From Podarcis erhardii (Eukaryota), in assembly GCA_964252035.1 (NCBI GenBank), contig OZ176208.1: a stretch of 64,000 nt of DNA. One strand, given 5' to 3'. This document shows positions 50,791 through 60,800 of this stretch, piece by piece (position 1 is the stretch's first letter; every line of letters starts with the position of its first letter). The position numbers were made by a program, and so were the translations under genes. The notes under the pieces were generated by a model, which saw only the letters and a program-made list of their open reading frames with translations, had not been told where the DNA came from and ran no database searches.

Positions 50791-51109
50791 ACCTTTAAGT
50801 AAGGGACAGATAATGCAGACCAGACAATGGTGAACTTCAAATTTAATGAATCCATGGAAAAAAACACAAAATCCATACATAGCAGATCATTCAGGGAGGG
50901 GACATGCCAGAGAACAAAACTCCTATGCACAGGAAGCAAGACAAGGCAAAGGCTTTGGATCAGGTGAATCCACAGAGAGAATTTAAATTGAATGTAGTCC
51001 CAATCCCAATATGTTTGCCTAGCGACAGAACAATCCCAGAATCCATGGCAGAGAACATAGAACTCAAACAAAACAGATCATTCAAGAAACTCTTGAATGA
51101 TGCATGAAC

Positions 51110-53050
51110 AGCCAATAACTTCAGTTGGTCTCCTCTAGGTAGGACTTGCCTTGAATACCATCTACAAACTTCTAATGAAGAAGAATCCACGACTTTCCAC
51201 TCTTCCCCTGTCAAACAGTTCATACCACCAGAAAGCTATTTCCATTGTTTAGGCTAAATCCTTTTTCTTGTAATCTGAACCCTGTAGATCTACTCTCTGG
51301 AGGAACAGGGGGCACAGAATTGCTCCATCATCTTTGTGGTAGCCCTTCAAATATTTGATTATAGCTATCATATCACTTCTTAATTGTCTCATATCTATGT
51401 AAACATGCCAATTCTTTCAACATTTCCTCATAGAATTGGTCTCCAGGCCCTCCACCCATCTAAGTTGCTCTCCTCTGCAAATGTTCCAGTTTGTCAACAT
51501 CCTTCTAAAATCTGTGGTGCTCAGAATAGAAAACTGTTGTCTGAACAGACTTTTTTTTTGGCTAGCATGGTGTTTGGGAAGCTTTGTTGTTGGGGTTGTT
51601 GTTGTTGCTGCTGCTGATTTTTTGTGTGATCTGAACCCTATACTTCTTTCTGTTGATGCTGGCTAGAATTGCATTAGCGTTTTTTAGTTGACACATTGTA
51701 CTTGTGACTCATGTTTAGCATGTACTCTCCAAAAGGACCCTAAGATTTTTTTGCAGGTACTGCTGTCAAATCAGTCGCCTGTCACCTGTCCTGTTTTTCT
51801 GCATCTGATTCTGTCTCCCTAAATGCAAAATCTGACATTTATCTCTTAGCTAATACTGACTTAGTTTTGATCCAGTTCTCCATACTGTCAAGTTCATTGT
51901 GAATTCCAGTTTTCTACAGTATTTTCTATTCCAGCCAGTTTGGTGCCACCTGAAATTTGATGAACATTGTCTGTCCTCAGATACGACTTTGTGGCACACA
52001 ACTTGTCTCCTCTCTCCAGGTTGGTTGTAGCCCCTCAACAGGCTGAAATCCTACCCATGTGGGATTGTCTAGTTCACATTTAACAAATCATTAATATCAT
52101 GGGGGACCTTGCTAAAATCAAGATATACACTGTCCACAACTTTTCCTCTATCTATCAGGCTAGTAACTGTCAAAAAAAGAGATAAGATTGGAATGACTTA
52201 TTCTTGAGAAACTCTTTGTGATCACAGCTTTCCCTCCCCTAAATGCTCACAGAATGATGACTTACTAATCTGCTATGGAACCTTTCTAGCTATTGATGTC
52301 AAGCTGACTAATCAGTTGTTGCCTGCTTCCTCTATTTCCCTTTTAAAAATATGGGGACATTTGCCTACTTTCAGTTTTACAGCACCTACCTTATTCTCCA
52401 ATATTTTTTTTTTTTAAAAAAATATATTGACAGATGCTATTTGATATTACGTCTGAAAGATTCTTTTGTATCCTAGGATGCAGGGCTTCACTGCTTCCTA
52501 GGATACTGCTCTTTTCTTACAACTCAATTCATTTATCATTTGATCTATTATTGCCAGGTCAAGCACATCTTCCTTGACTGCAACTAAGGGTTCACCCACA
52601 CTTCCTTTTGTGCCCTTTTGTTCACCCACACTTTCTAGGCACAGGTCCAGGATTACCAGGTCCATATCTCAACAGTTGTGTTTTTCTTCCCCCACCGCTT
52701 TCCCTTGGAAAACCTGCATTTTACCACTGAATCAGAGAACAAGGCAATCTGCAGAAAACCCAATTGCCGTTGGCTCCAATTAGCAAAAAAAAGTGGGTTT
52801 TCCCAGACAAAGTGGCAGAATAAAACAAAACAAAACACTTGGACACAGTCCTGGAAATCGTGGATCTGGGCTTAGAAATATGGCAGAAAAGGAACTATGG
52901 ATGAGCCTTAAGGCAAAGTGAAAGTTGAACAGCTCCACCTTCTCTTTGTCACCCACTTTCATTCTCCATCTTCTCTTTGCAGTGGACCTACCATTTCCTT
53001 GTTCTTCCCCTTTCTCGGAGCATGGCCTGCAAACCATTTTTTTTATTATT
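51110..53050 (-). mobile_element. Old, decayed CR1 ORF2 (~1.9 kb) just upstream of the PCDH18 promoter
   Basis: Minus-strand remnants VGDKEKVELFNFHFA (CR1 DKEKAELLNSFF) and WKVVDSSSLEV near the 3' end; interrupted by T/GTT simple repeats near 51550-51615. Confidence 0.75.
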
Positions 53051-53669
53051 AATATCTCATGCTAAGCCCTACATCCAGTTATGAGTTGCAGTCAACAAGC
53101 TTTCAGTAATGACAATCAAACCATATTTGCTTTCCTGCTAAAATATGAAGCCCATTGTATTTATCTCCCATACACTGGTGTAGAGACATCAGAAACCTTG
53201 GGCTGTATCACCAACTTTCTATTGTTTAATTACACGTTAGAATTTACTCGCATTGGCATCCTAGTTTCACTCATATTCCAATCTCCAGCAGATGATGTCA
53301 TGCTATCTTCTAGTATTTCATTAACCACCCATACAAGACTCAGTTTAAAGTCCTCCTTATCAGGAGGTTTCTGCCAAACACATGGGTTTGCCTTTAGTGA
53401 AGTCATCACATTCGTGGAACAGCTTCTATTCATGCAATGGACCTTCCCCTCCCTCTTTTGCCCCACCCACCCCTGCTGTGTGTTCCAACGCCCCTTAAAG
53501 CTGTTTTGGGGGCTCCTCCGATCTTCTGGAACAGATTGGAAAATGCTGGTGTGGGGGGAGTTTCATTGCAGGAGAAAGTATCATAGTTTGTTACTATGCT
53601 ATATATTTTTGTGTTTTTATATTGTCAATCACTTTGTGATCCTTGAATGGCGGGCAAAATAGAAATGTT

Positions 53670-53714
53670 AACAACAACAACAACAACAACCAACCAACCA
53701 ACCAACCAACCAAC
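53670..53714. repeat. Compound (ACA)n(ACCA)n repeat, probably an old L2/SINE tail
   Basis: Directly visible; preceded by an L2-tail-like T-rich segment. Confidence 0.85.
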
Positions 53715-53818
53715 TGCTTTGACCATAAATGACAGAGCACAGCAATGTGTGAAATTGTGTTCTGTTAAACTTAATGAGAGCACTGCCATTGGTAGATCAC
53801 AACCATCACCCTTTAGAA

Positions 53819-54000
53819 CAGGGATGGCCAAAGCCCGCTGGTCGATTTAATCTGGCCCCCATGGCAGTATATGTCCTGGGGTAAAAGCTCAAAAACTTAG
53901 GGGTAAAATTGCAAAAAACAACAACAACACTCAACATGGCCCTCATGCATGTTCACTTCTTCAAATCTGGCCCTCTTTGAAAAAAAATTGGGCACCCCTG
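53819..54000. mobile_element. hAT MITE ~0.8 kb upstream of the CCAAT box
   Basis: TIR CAGGGATGGCCAAA versus (rc) CAGGGGTGCCCAAT; TSD CTTTAGAA / CTTTAGAG (7/8). Confidence 0.85.
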
Positions 54001-54299
54001 CTTTAGAGGATCCCTACCATATTTGCCCTATGGTGTGCCCCACAGTTTCTTATGATAAAAGTGTTTTACATGTGGACACAATGCTTTAGCATGCTCCATC
54101 ATGCTAAAAGGAAAGGGTGCTTTTAAAAGGAAGATGAAAGGGAGCTTCTGAAGAACTACAGTAAGTGGGGCTGGGGAAGTACAGGGAAGGCAAACACAGA
54201 CATCAGTGCCAAATGCTATATATACTTTCATCAGAAGCCAGCGAAAGGACAAGGCTATGCAAGCATTTTCTTGACTTTAAGATGAAGGGAAACAAATGC

Positions 54300-56250
54300 T
54301 TAAAAGTAAAAAGGCTATTATAAGGTGGGGGGGGGAGAGAGAAGACAAAAGGGAAAAAGATTGCTTAGAAATCAGAAGCAGCATCTTAATATTCCTCAAA
54401 AGAGAGGCGGGGACCAAGGCTGAGGGAGGGCAAACTTCTTCACTCCGCAAAACTTACTCGAAAAAAGACTCGCTTTGGTTACAGCAACTTTGAAGTCCAT
54501 GCATGAGGGGATTCTTGAAAGCGCTCATTAAAATTACAAACAAGACCCCAAACGAAAACAAAACCAAGCCCACCCCCGTCGAAGCCATCATAAAGAGGAG
54601 AACAAAAAAGTTGATTTAAAGTAGCTCTTTAGCCAGTCGCCTACTTTTGGGGGTGGGGGTGGGTGTAACGGCACGCTCACAGAAAGTGAACGTAGGGTGG
54701 GGGAGGGAGAGAGGGAGAAGGAGCTGCCCCCCCTCCTTCCTCCAGCTCCTTCCTCCACCCCTCTTTTTTTTTGCATGTGTGTGACTTCACTGTCCTTTGA
54801 TTTGGAAGCCCGCTGATTGGCTGGAAGCAATTCAACACATGCAGCCGGGCAAAAAGCTTTGTCTGAGTTGGAGTGAAGTTCCCCAGATTTTTAGACGGGA
54901 GTCAGCAATCGAGGCTGCTTAGTCGGCAGCCGAGCAGGGAAAGGAAAGAGGATCTCTTCGGGGGAAAGAGCCCAGCGCCGAGCCAGCGTCAGTTCCTTCC
55001 TCCACACGCACTCGGCGGAGAGTAAACTGCAGAGGCAGGAGGAGGAGGAGGAGGAGAAGGAAAAGGAATAAAAGCCCTGATGTGCCAACCCTCCTGGACT
55101 AGAGCGCAGCAGCACAATCCAGCCGGCTCGCCTCCGGGATGTATAAGGGAGTCCCGCCACCATCTGCATGCATGTAAGCAACTTTTCTGAGCTCGGAGAG
55201 GATATCGGAACTGTGCTGGGTTGCAGAAGGACTCTTGCCCTCTCTTTTTGGTACAGTTTTTGGGGGCGTGGGGAGTGGGGTGGGGAAGGCAAATGCATGC
55301 GGAGAGATCGAGCAGAAGTTGAGAGAAGCGCTTTGCGAACTTGTGGGGAAGGAAAGGCTTTCGTGATGCCGAGGCTGAGCGCCGGCAAGACGCACTTGGC
55401 CGCCCTGCTCGCCCTGGCGACGGTGGCGGCTTGCTGGGGAGGCGCCGCGGGCAAGACTTTGAAATACCGGATCTACGAGGAGCAGAGGGTGGGCTCGGTC
55501 ATCGCGCGGCTCTCGGAAGACGTGGCAGACGTTTTGTACCGGCTGCCCAACCCTTCCTCCGTACGTTTCCGAGCCATGCAGAGGGGCAACTCTCCCTTGC
55601 TGAAGGTCCGCGAGGATAACGGCGAGATCAGCATCGGCGCCAAGATCGACCGCGAGCAACTGTGCCAGAAGAACTTGAACTGCTCCATCGAGTTCGACGT
55701 GATCACGCTGCCCACCGAGCACCTCCAGCTTTTCCACATCGAGGTGGAGGTGCTGGATATTAACGACAACTCGCCGCAGTTCTCCCGAGCGCTCATCCCC
55801 CTCGAGATCTCCGAGAGCGCTGCTGTGGGCACCCGGATCCCTCTGGACAGCGCTTTCGACCCGGACGTCGGGGACAATTCCCTGTACACGTACTCGCTGT
55901 CGGCCAACGACTTCTTCACCATCGAAGTGCGCACGAGGACCGACGGGGCCAAGTATGCCGAGCTGATCGTAGTGAGTGAGCTGGACCGGGAGCTGAAATC
56001 GAGCTACGAGCTCCAGCTGACCGCCTCGGACAACGGGGTTCCTCAGCGCAGTGGGTCTTCCATCCTGAAGATCAGCATTTCCGATTCCAATGACAACAGT
56101 CCCGTTTTCGAGCAGCAGACCTATATCATCCAGCTGTTGGAGAACTCCCGAGTTGGGACTTTGCTCATCGACCTCAACGCGACTGATCCGGATGAGGGGG
56201 CGAATGGGAAAGTTGTCTATTCTTTCAGTAGCCACGTGTCTTCCAAGATC
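54300..56250. promoter_or_regulatory. CpG island over the PCDH18 promoter, 5' UTR and the 5' third of exon 1
   Basis: CpG-dense (e.g. 7 CpG in 55861-55920) versus none in 56881-56940. Edges are approximate. Confidence 0.85.
54813..54823 (-). promoter_or_regulatory. Inverted CCAAT box (NF-Y) of the TATA-less PCDH18 promoter
   Basis: CTGATTGGCTG, an extended NF-Y consensus, ~550 bp upstream of the start codon inside the CpG island. TSS not determined. Confidence 0.55.
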
Positions 56251-57855
56251 ATCGAGACTTTTAAGATGGACTCTGAGAGGGGGCAGCTGACCCTTCTCAA
56301 GCCAGTGGACTATGAAACCACCAAATCCTATGAAATTGATGCCCAGGCTCAAGATCTGGGTCCCAATTCTATCCCAGCTCACTGCAAGATTATCATCAAG
56401 GTTGTGGACGTGAACGACAACAAGCCAGATATCAATTTAAACCTGATGTCTCCTGGGAAGGAGGAAATTGCTTACATTTCTGAGAAAGCTTCAGTAGAGA
56501 CATTTGTGGCCCTGGTGAGAGTGCAAGACAAAGATTCTGGGTTGAATGGAGAGGTGGTGTGCAAGCTCCATGGGCATGGTCACTTTAAACTCCAAAAGAC
56601 CTATGAAAACAACTATTTCATCTTAACAAATACTACTCTGGATCGAGAAAAGCGATCTGAATACAGCTTGACTGTCATAGCAGAAGACAGGGGGACCCCA
56701 AGTCTCTCCACAGTGAAACACTTTACTGTCCAGATCATTGATGAAAATGACAACCCACCTCAGTTCCAGACCAATAGATATGAAATTGTAATTCTGGAAA
56801 ATAACTCTCCAGGTGCATATATCACCTCTGTTACAGCCACAGATCCAGATCTAGGAGATAATGGGCAGGTGACATACACTATCTTGGAGAGCTTTATTTT
56901 GGGAAGCTCCATAACTACCTATGTGACCATTGATCCTTCCAATGGAGCCATCTATGCACTTAGAACTTTTGATCATGAAGAAGTAAACCAAATTGCCTTT
57001 GTGGTTCAGGCTAGAGATGGAGGGAGTCAGCAACTTGCCAGCAATACAACAGTTGTGCTCACTATCATTGATGAAAATGACAACGCCCCTTGGATTATAG
57101 AGCCAGTACTGCACAACAATACAGCAAAGATTTCAATCCCCAAAGAAGCTGAAATCAACTACCCTGTCACTAGGATAAGAGCCATAGACAAAGACTCAGG
57201 GATGAACTCAGAACTCAGCTGTTCATTAGCAAGTAGTAGTGAGGACCACCTCTTCATAATGGACCCACAGACATGTGACATCTATCTCAATGCTAGCATT
57301 GAATCTGCCAAATCAACAGAATGGGAACTTTCAGTGGTGGTTCAGGACAAAGGAAGTCCTCAGCTCAGTACCAAAGCACTTCTGAAATGCAGTGTTGTTA
57401 AATATGTTTATCTGCCTTCAGCTACAGAAGCTACGTACATTAGCCAACCTTCTCTAGATGTTTCCATGATCACAATTATATCCTTAGGGGCAATATGTGC
57501 TGTTTTGCTAGTTATCATGGTTGTCTTTGCTACAAGGTGCAATCGTGAGAAAAAGGACACCAGATCCTATAACTGTCGTGTAGCAGAGTCCACATACCAG
57601 CATCATCCCAAAAGGCCATCAAGACAGATCCACAAAGGGGACATTACACTAGTGCCTACTGTTAATGGTACTTTGCCAATCAGGTCACACCATAAAGCTT
57701 CACCTTCATCATCTCCAACACTAGAAAGAGGGCAGATGAGCAGTCGCCAAAGCCACCACAGTCACCAGTCTCTAAACAGTCTGGTGACCATCTCATCAAA
57801 TCACGTACCTGAGAATTTCTCCCTTGAGCTCACTCATGCTACACCTGCTGTTGAG
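55366..57855 (+). CDS. PCDH18: PCDH18 coding exon 1: signal peptide, EC1-EC6, TM, proximal cytoplasmic tail
   Basis: ATG 55366 (G at -3) begins hydrophobic [29 protein letters not shown]. Ends ...THATPAVE at donor GAG|GTAAGC (57855/57856), phase 0. The start choice is inference; in-frame ATGs also exist at 55168 and 55297. Confidence 0.93.
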
Positions 57856-60800
57856 GTAAGCTCACTTACTGTGCTACATGGACTAGTACTCACTCACAAA
57901 TGCAAGCAGGCACCCCATGGCCATTTCACAGATTCATTATTTCAGAATGCAGTTGCAACCAGTGTGCCAACTGTGATGTATGATAATTGCACACACTTGT
58001 ATTCTCAATCTCTCTCTGTATGGACTGGGAAGCCACAATTGGCAGCAGCTTCCCAGTAACAGTACATCTTTGCACACAGTGCATGATTTTGAAATTGATT
58101 GTTACACTGTATTTGTTTCTGTGTTGGAAATATGTAATGTGTAAAATGGCCCTGTGTGTGTTTGAGTTTGTTTCTCTCTCCGTGTGTGTGACTTTTATGT
58201 GAATCGTGAAAGGCTACACAGCCCCTTGCTACACTGCCATGCCAATTAAACATTAAAAAAGAGTTACTCTTAGTGGCATTATTATTGTTGTTAATCAAGG
58301 TTTCAAGCTTTATTTGGAACATTTCCCGCAAATGCTTCTAATAAAGTATGCTAAACTTGCATGTTCTTTGCCTCTCTATTCGAACACATTCCATAGTGTA
58401 TTTACATATACAAATGATACAAAACAATGAGGGCATATATTACCAATGGTGCCGCAATTCTAACTTCAGCTGCTTTAACAGCTTGTGTCAACTGTGCATG
58501 CAAATCTGTTAATGAATATGTTTTAAGGCCCTGAGCCATAGCTCAAAACACTTGAATGTAAGCTGATTTTCTAGGCCCACTAACCTCAATGGAGCTAAAT
58601 CCATTCACATCCAAATACTTTAGCTTGACTAGACTGAAGATCAGGTCTTTAATTATTTGGCATCCTCAGGCTAATAAAAGCAGGACTAAATTGTATTGGT
58701 AAAGTGTCATTAGATATTACCAGTTGTCTTCTACTTTGGCTGTATTGTCTTATGTCTTTGCAACATGAAGAGGTTCTAAATGATTATTTTTAAACAGCTG
58801 AAGTTTTAATAATAGTGGTAGTAATAATAATAATTTTTTAAACACATGTTTTCTCTTAGGGAGATATTTGGGCATTATTTTTCAGGAATCAGTCTTTTGT
58901 GTTTTTCTTTACAGGTCTCTCAACTTCTCTCAATGCTTCATCAAGGCCAGTATCAGCCAAGGCCAAGTTTTAGAGGAAACAAATATTCCAGGAGCTACAG
59001 GTGAGGGTTTTACTCAGATCAATGTTGAAAGCAGTTTTACCTGAGGAGAGTGCCCAGCACATAAGCCAATAGAGCATAACTCAATCCACATGTCACTTCT
59101 GTTTTATCGCAGGTACGCCCTTCAAGATATGGATAAGTTCAGCTTGAAAGACAGCGGCCGTGGTGACAGTGAAGCAGGAGACAGCGATTATGATTTGGGG
59201 AGAGATTCTCCAATTGACAGACTTCTTGGAGAAGGATTCAGTGACCTTTTCCTTACAGATGGGAGAATTCCTGCAGGTAAGAATGCAATGAAAGTTGAAC
59301 AGTTTGTTTACAGTGCTCCCTGCCAGTCACACTGAGACAACTTCACAATGACGAAAAACAATCTCTTTAACTTTCATGCTTTGAAAAAAACCCATTTCCT
59401 TCTTCACATAGCAGCACCTATAGCCCAATTTATGCTCAAGTGCAGCATGGCACCTCGTATACCCAAAGTGCTGCACACTTGTCCAAGTTCAATGGCCACA
59501 AACACCACAACCGGTATCACTTGCAGTCCGATGAGTTGGCTCAAAGTGGGTTGCTCTTGCCCTTTATAATGGGTGGGGCCAATTTCTTGGTTGCATTAAA
59601 AAACAAAATGAATGACAATTTGATATCTAGTTTTGAGGATGGTGATATTCAATGCATGGGTGCTACAGATTTTGTGTTCAAAATGCCTTTAGAGAAATAT
59701 ATTCAAAAGGAAAGGCTATATGAGACCCAGTTCTCTGAAAAAAGTAGGAAAGCACATATGTATGCAGTTACCACAGTTGTTAGAATGGCGATTGGTGTTC
59801 CAGCCTGCCATTTGTAAACTCACACTGGGTGTCTGTTACTGAATTTTTATTGTTATGTGCCATAGTGGATGGCATAGTGGGGTGGCATAGCCCACTTGAC
59901 CTCTGGTCAATTACATCAAAGTCAGCATGATGCAAACACACCAATGGAGACAAACTGGTACTCTCACAACTGGCATTTGCACCACACCAACCTCATCACT
60001 GACTTACCCCTCTACTTCTCATTAAGTAGCAGCTGCCCTGCCCTACCATGCCATCCACAACTGACTATGTGCAGTGATCAAAAATCCTTAAACCTTACTT
60101 GGGGACCCTTCTATCATTGTACTCTCAACATTAATTCCAAATAGTCTACCATGTTGCAACCTAATGAACAGTTTCTCTTATAGCAGGGATGGGGAATCCG
60201 TAGCCTTCCAGATGTTTGACTGCAACCACCATCATTCCTGATGATTGGCCACACTAGCTAAAGCTGATGGGAGTTGTAGTCTTATAGGGAAATTCTATGC
60301 ATGAGTCTTCTTTCTTATTTGGCTATCACTCATAGCCGAGTGAGATTGTCTTCCATGAATATGGTTTTAACAGTGTGTCCATAAGTGGAAGCCAATTCTG
60401 GATCCACACATCCTTCCAGAGTGGGGACATAGGTTTCTGGGCGGGAGTTGATCACAGTGAGGATTTGCCAAATGTGCCTTCCTCTTAGCTCATTTCTCCA
60501 TTTTGTCCTGAGTTCCTGCTTCTTCAAAGTCCATAATGCCTTTGGTAGAGGTATGCATGTATACAAAGAAGCAGGTCCCATTGCTTCTTAGGCTGCGTTC
60601 ATATGGGAGGAACAATAGTTCTATGTAGTTTCAGTTTGAAAAAGGGATCAGGTATGGGGGAAGACCGCTGCCTGATACCCTGGGGAGCTATTCCTGGTCA
60701 GTGTAGAGAGTACTGTGCTAGATGAATGGGTAGTTCATAAGAAGTTGTCTCCTAACAGATCAACCTATCTCCATGGGCCAATACATCTTTACCCTTCTAA

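Noticed and set aside
50780-51107. PMHRK segment resembling a CR1 RT motif on the + strand
   Set aside because: Neighbouring CR1 motifs are absent; similarity is too short to support.
55099-56382. 427-aa antisense ORF over exon 1
   Set aside because: Mirror-frame shadow of the GC3-rich cadherin CDS; it ends where codon composition shifts. No independent protein signature.
55168-58059. 963-aa ORF as the real PCDH18 protein
   Set aside because: Includes 66 aa upstream of the signal peptide and 67 intronic codons past the donor at 57855; the canonical product is the spliced 1135-aa form.
59863-60060. Possible TIR element in intron 3 (GTGGATGGCAT inverted pair)
   Set aside because: Only an ~11-bp core match and no TSD; insufficient to call.
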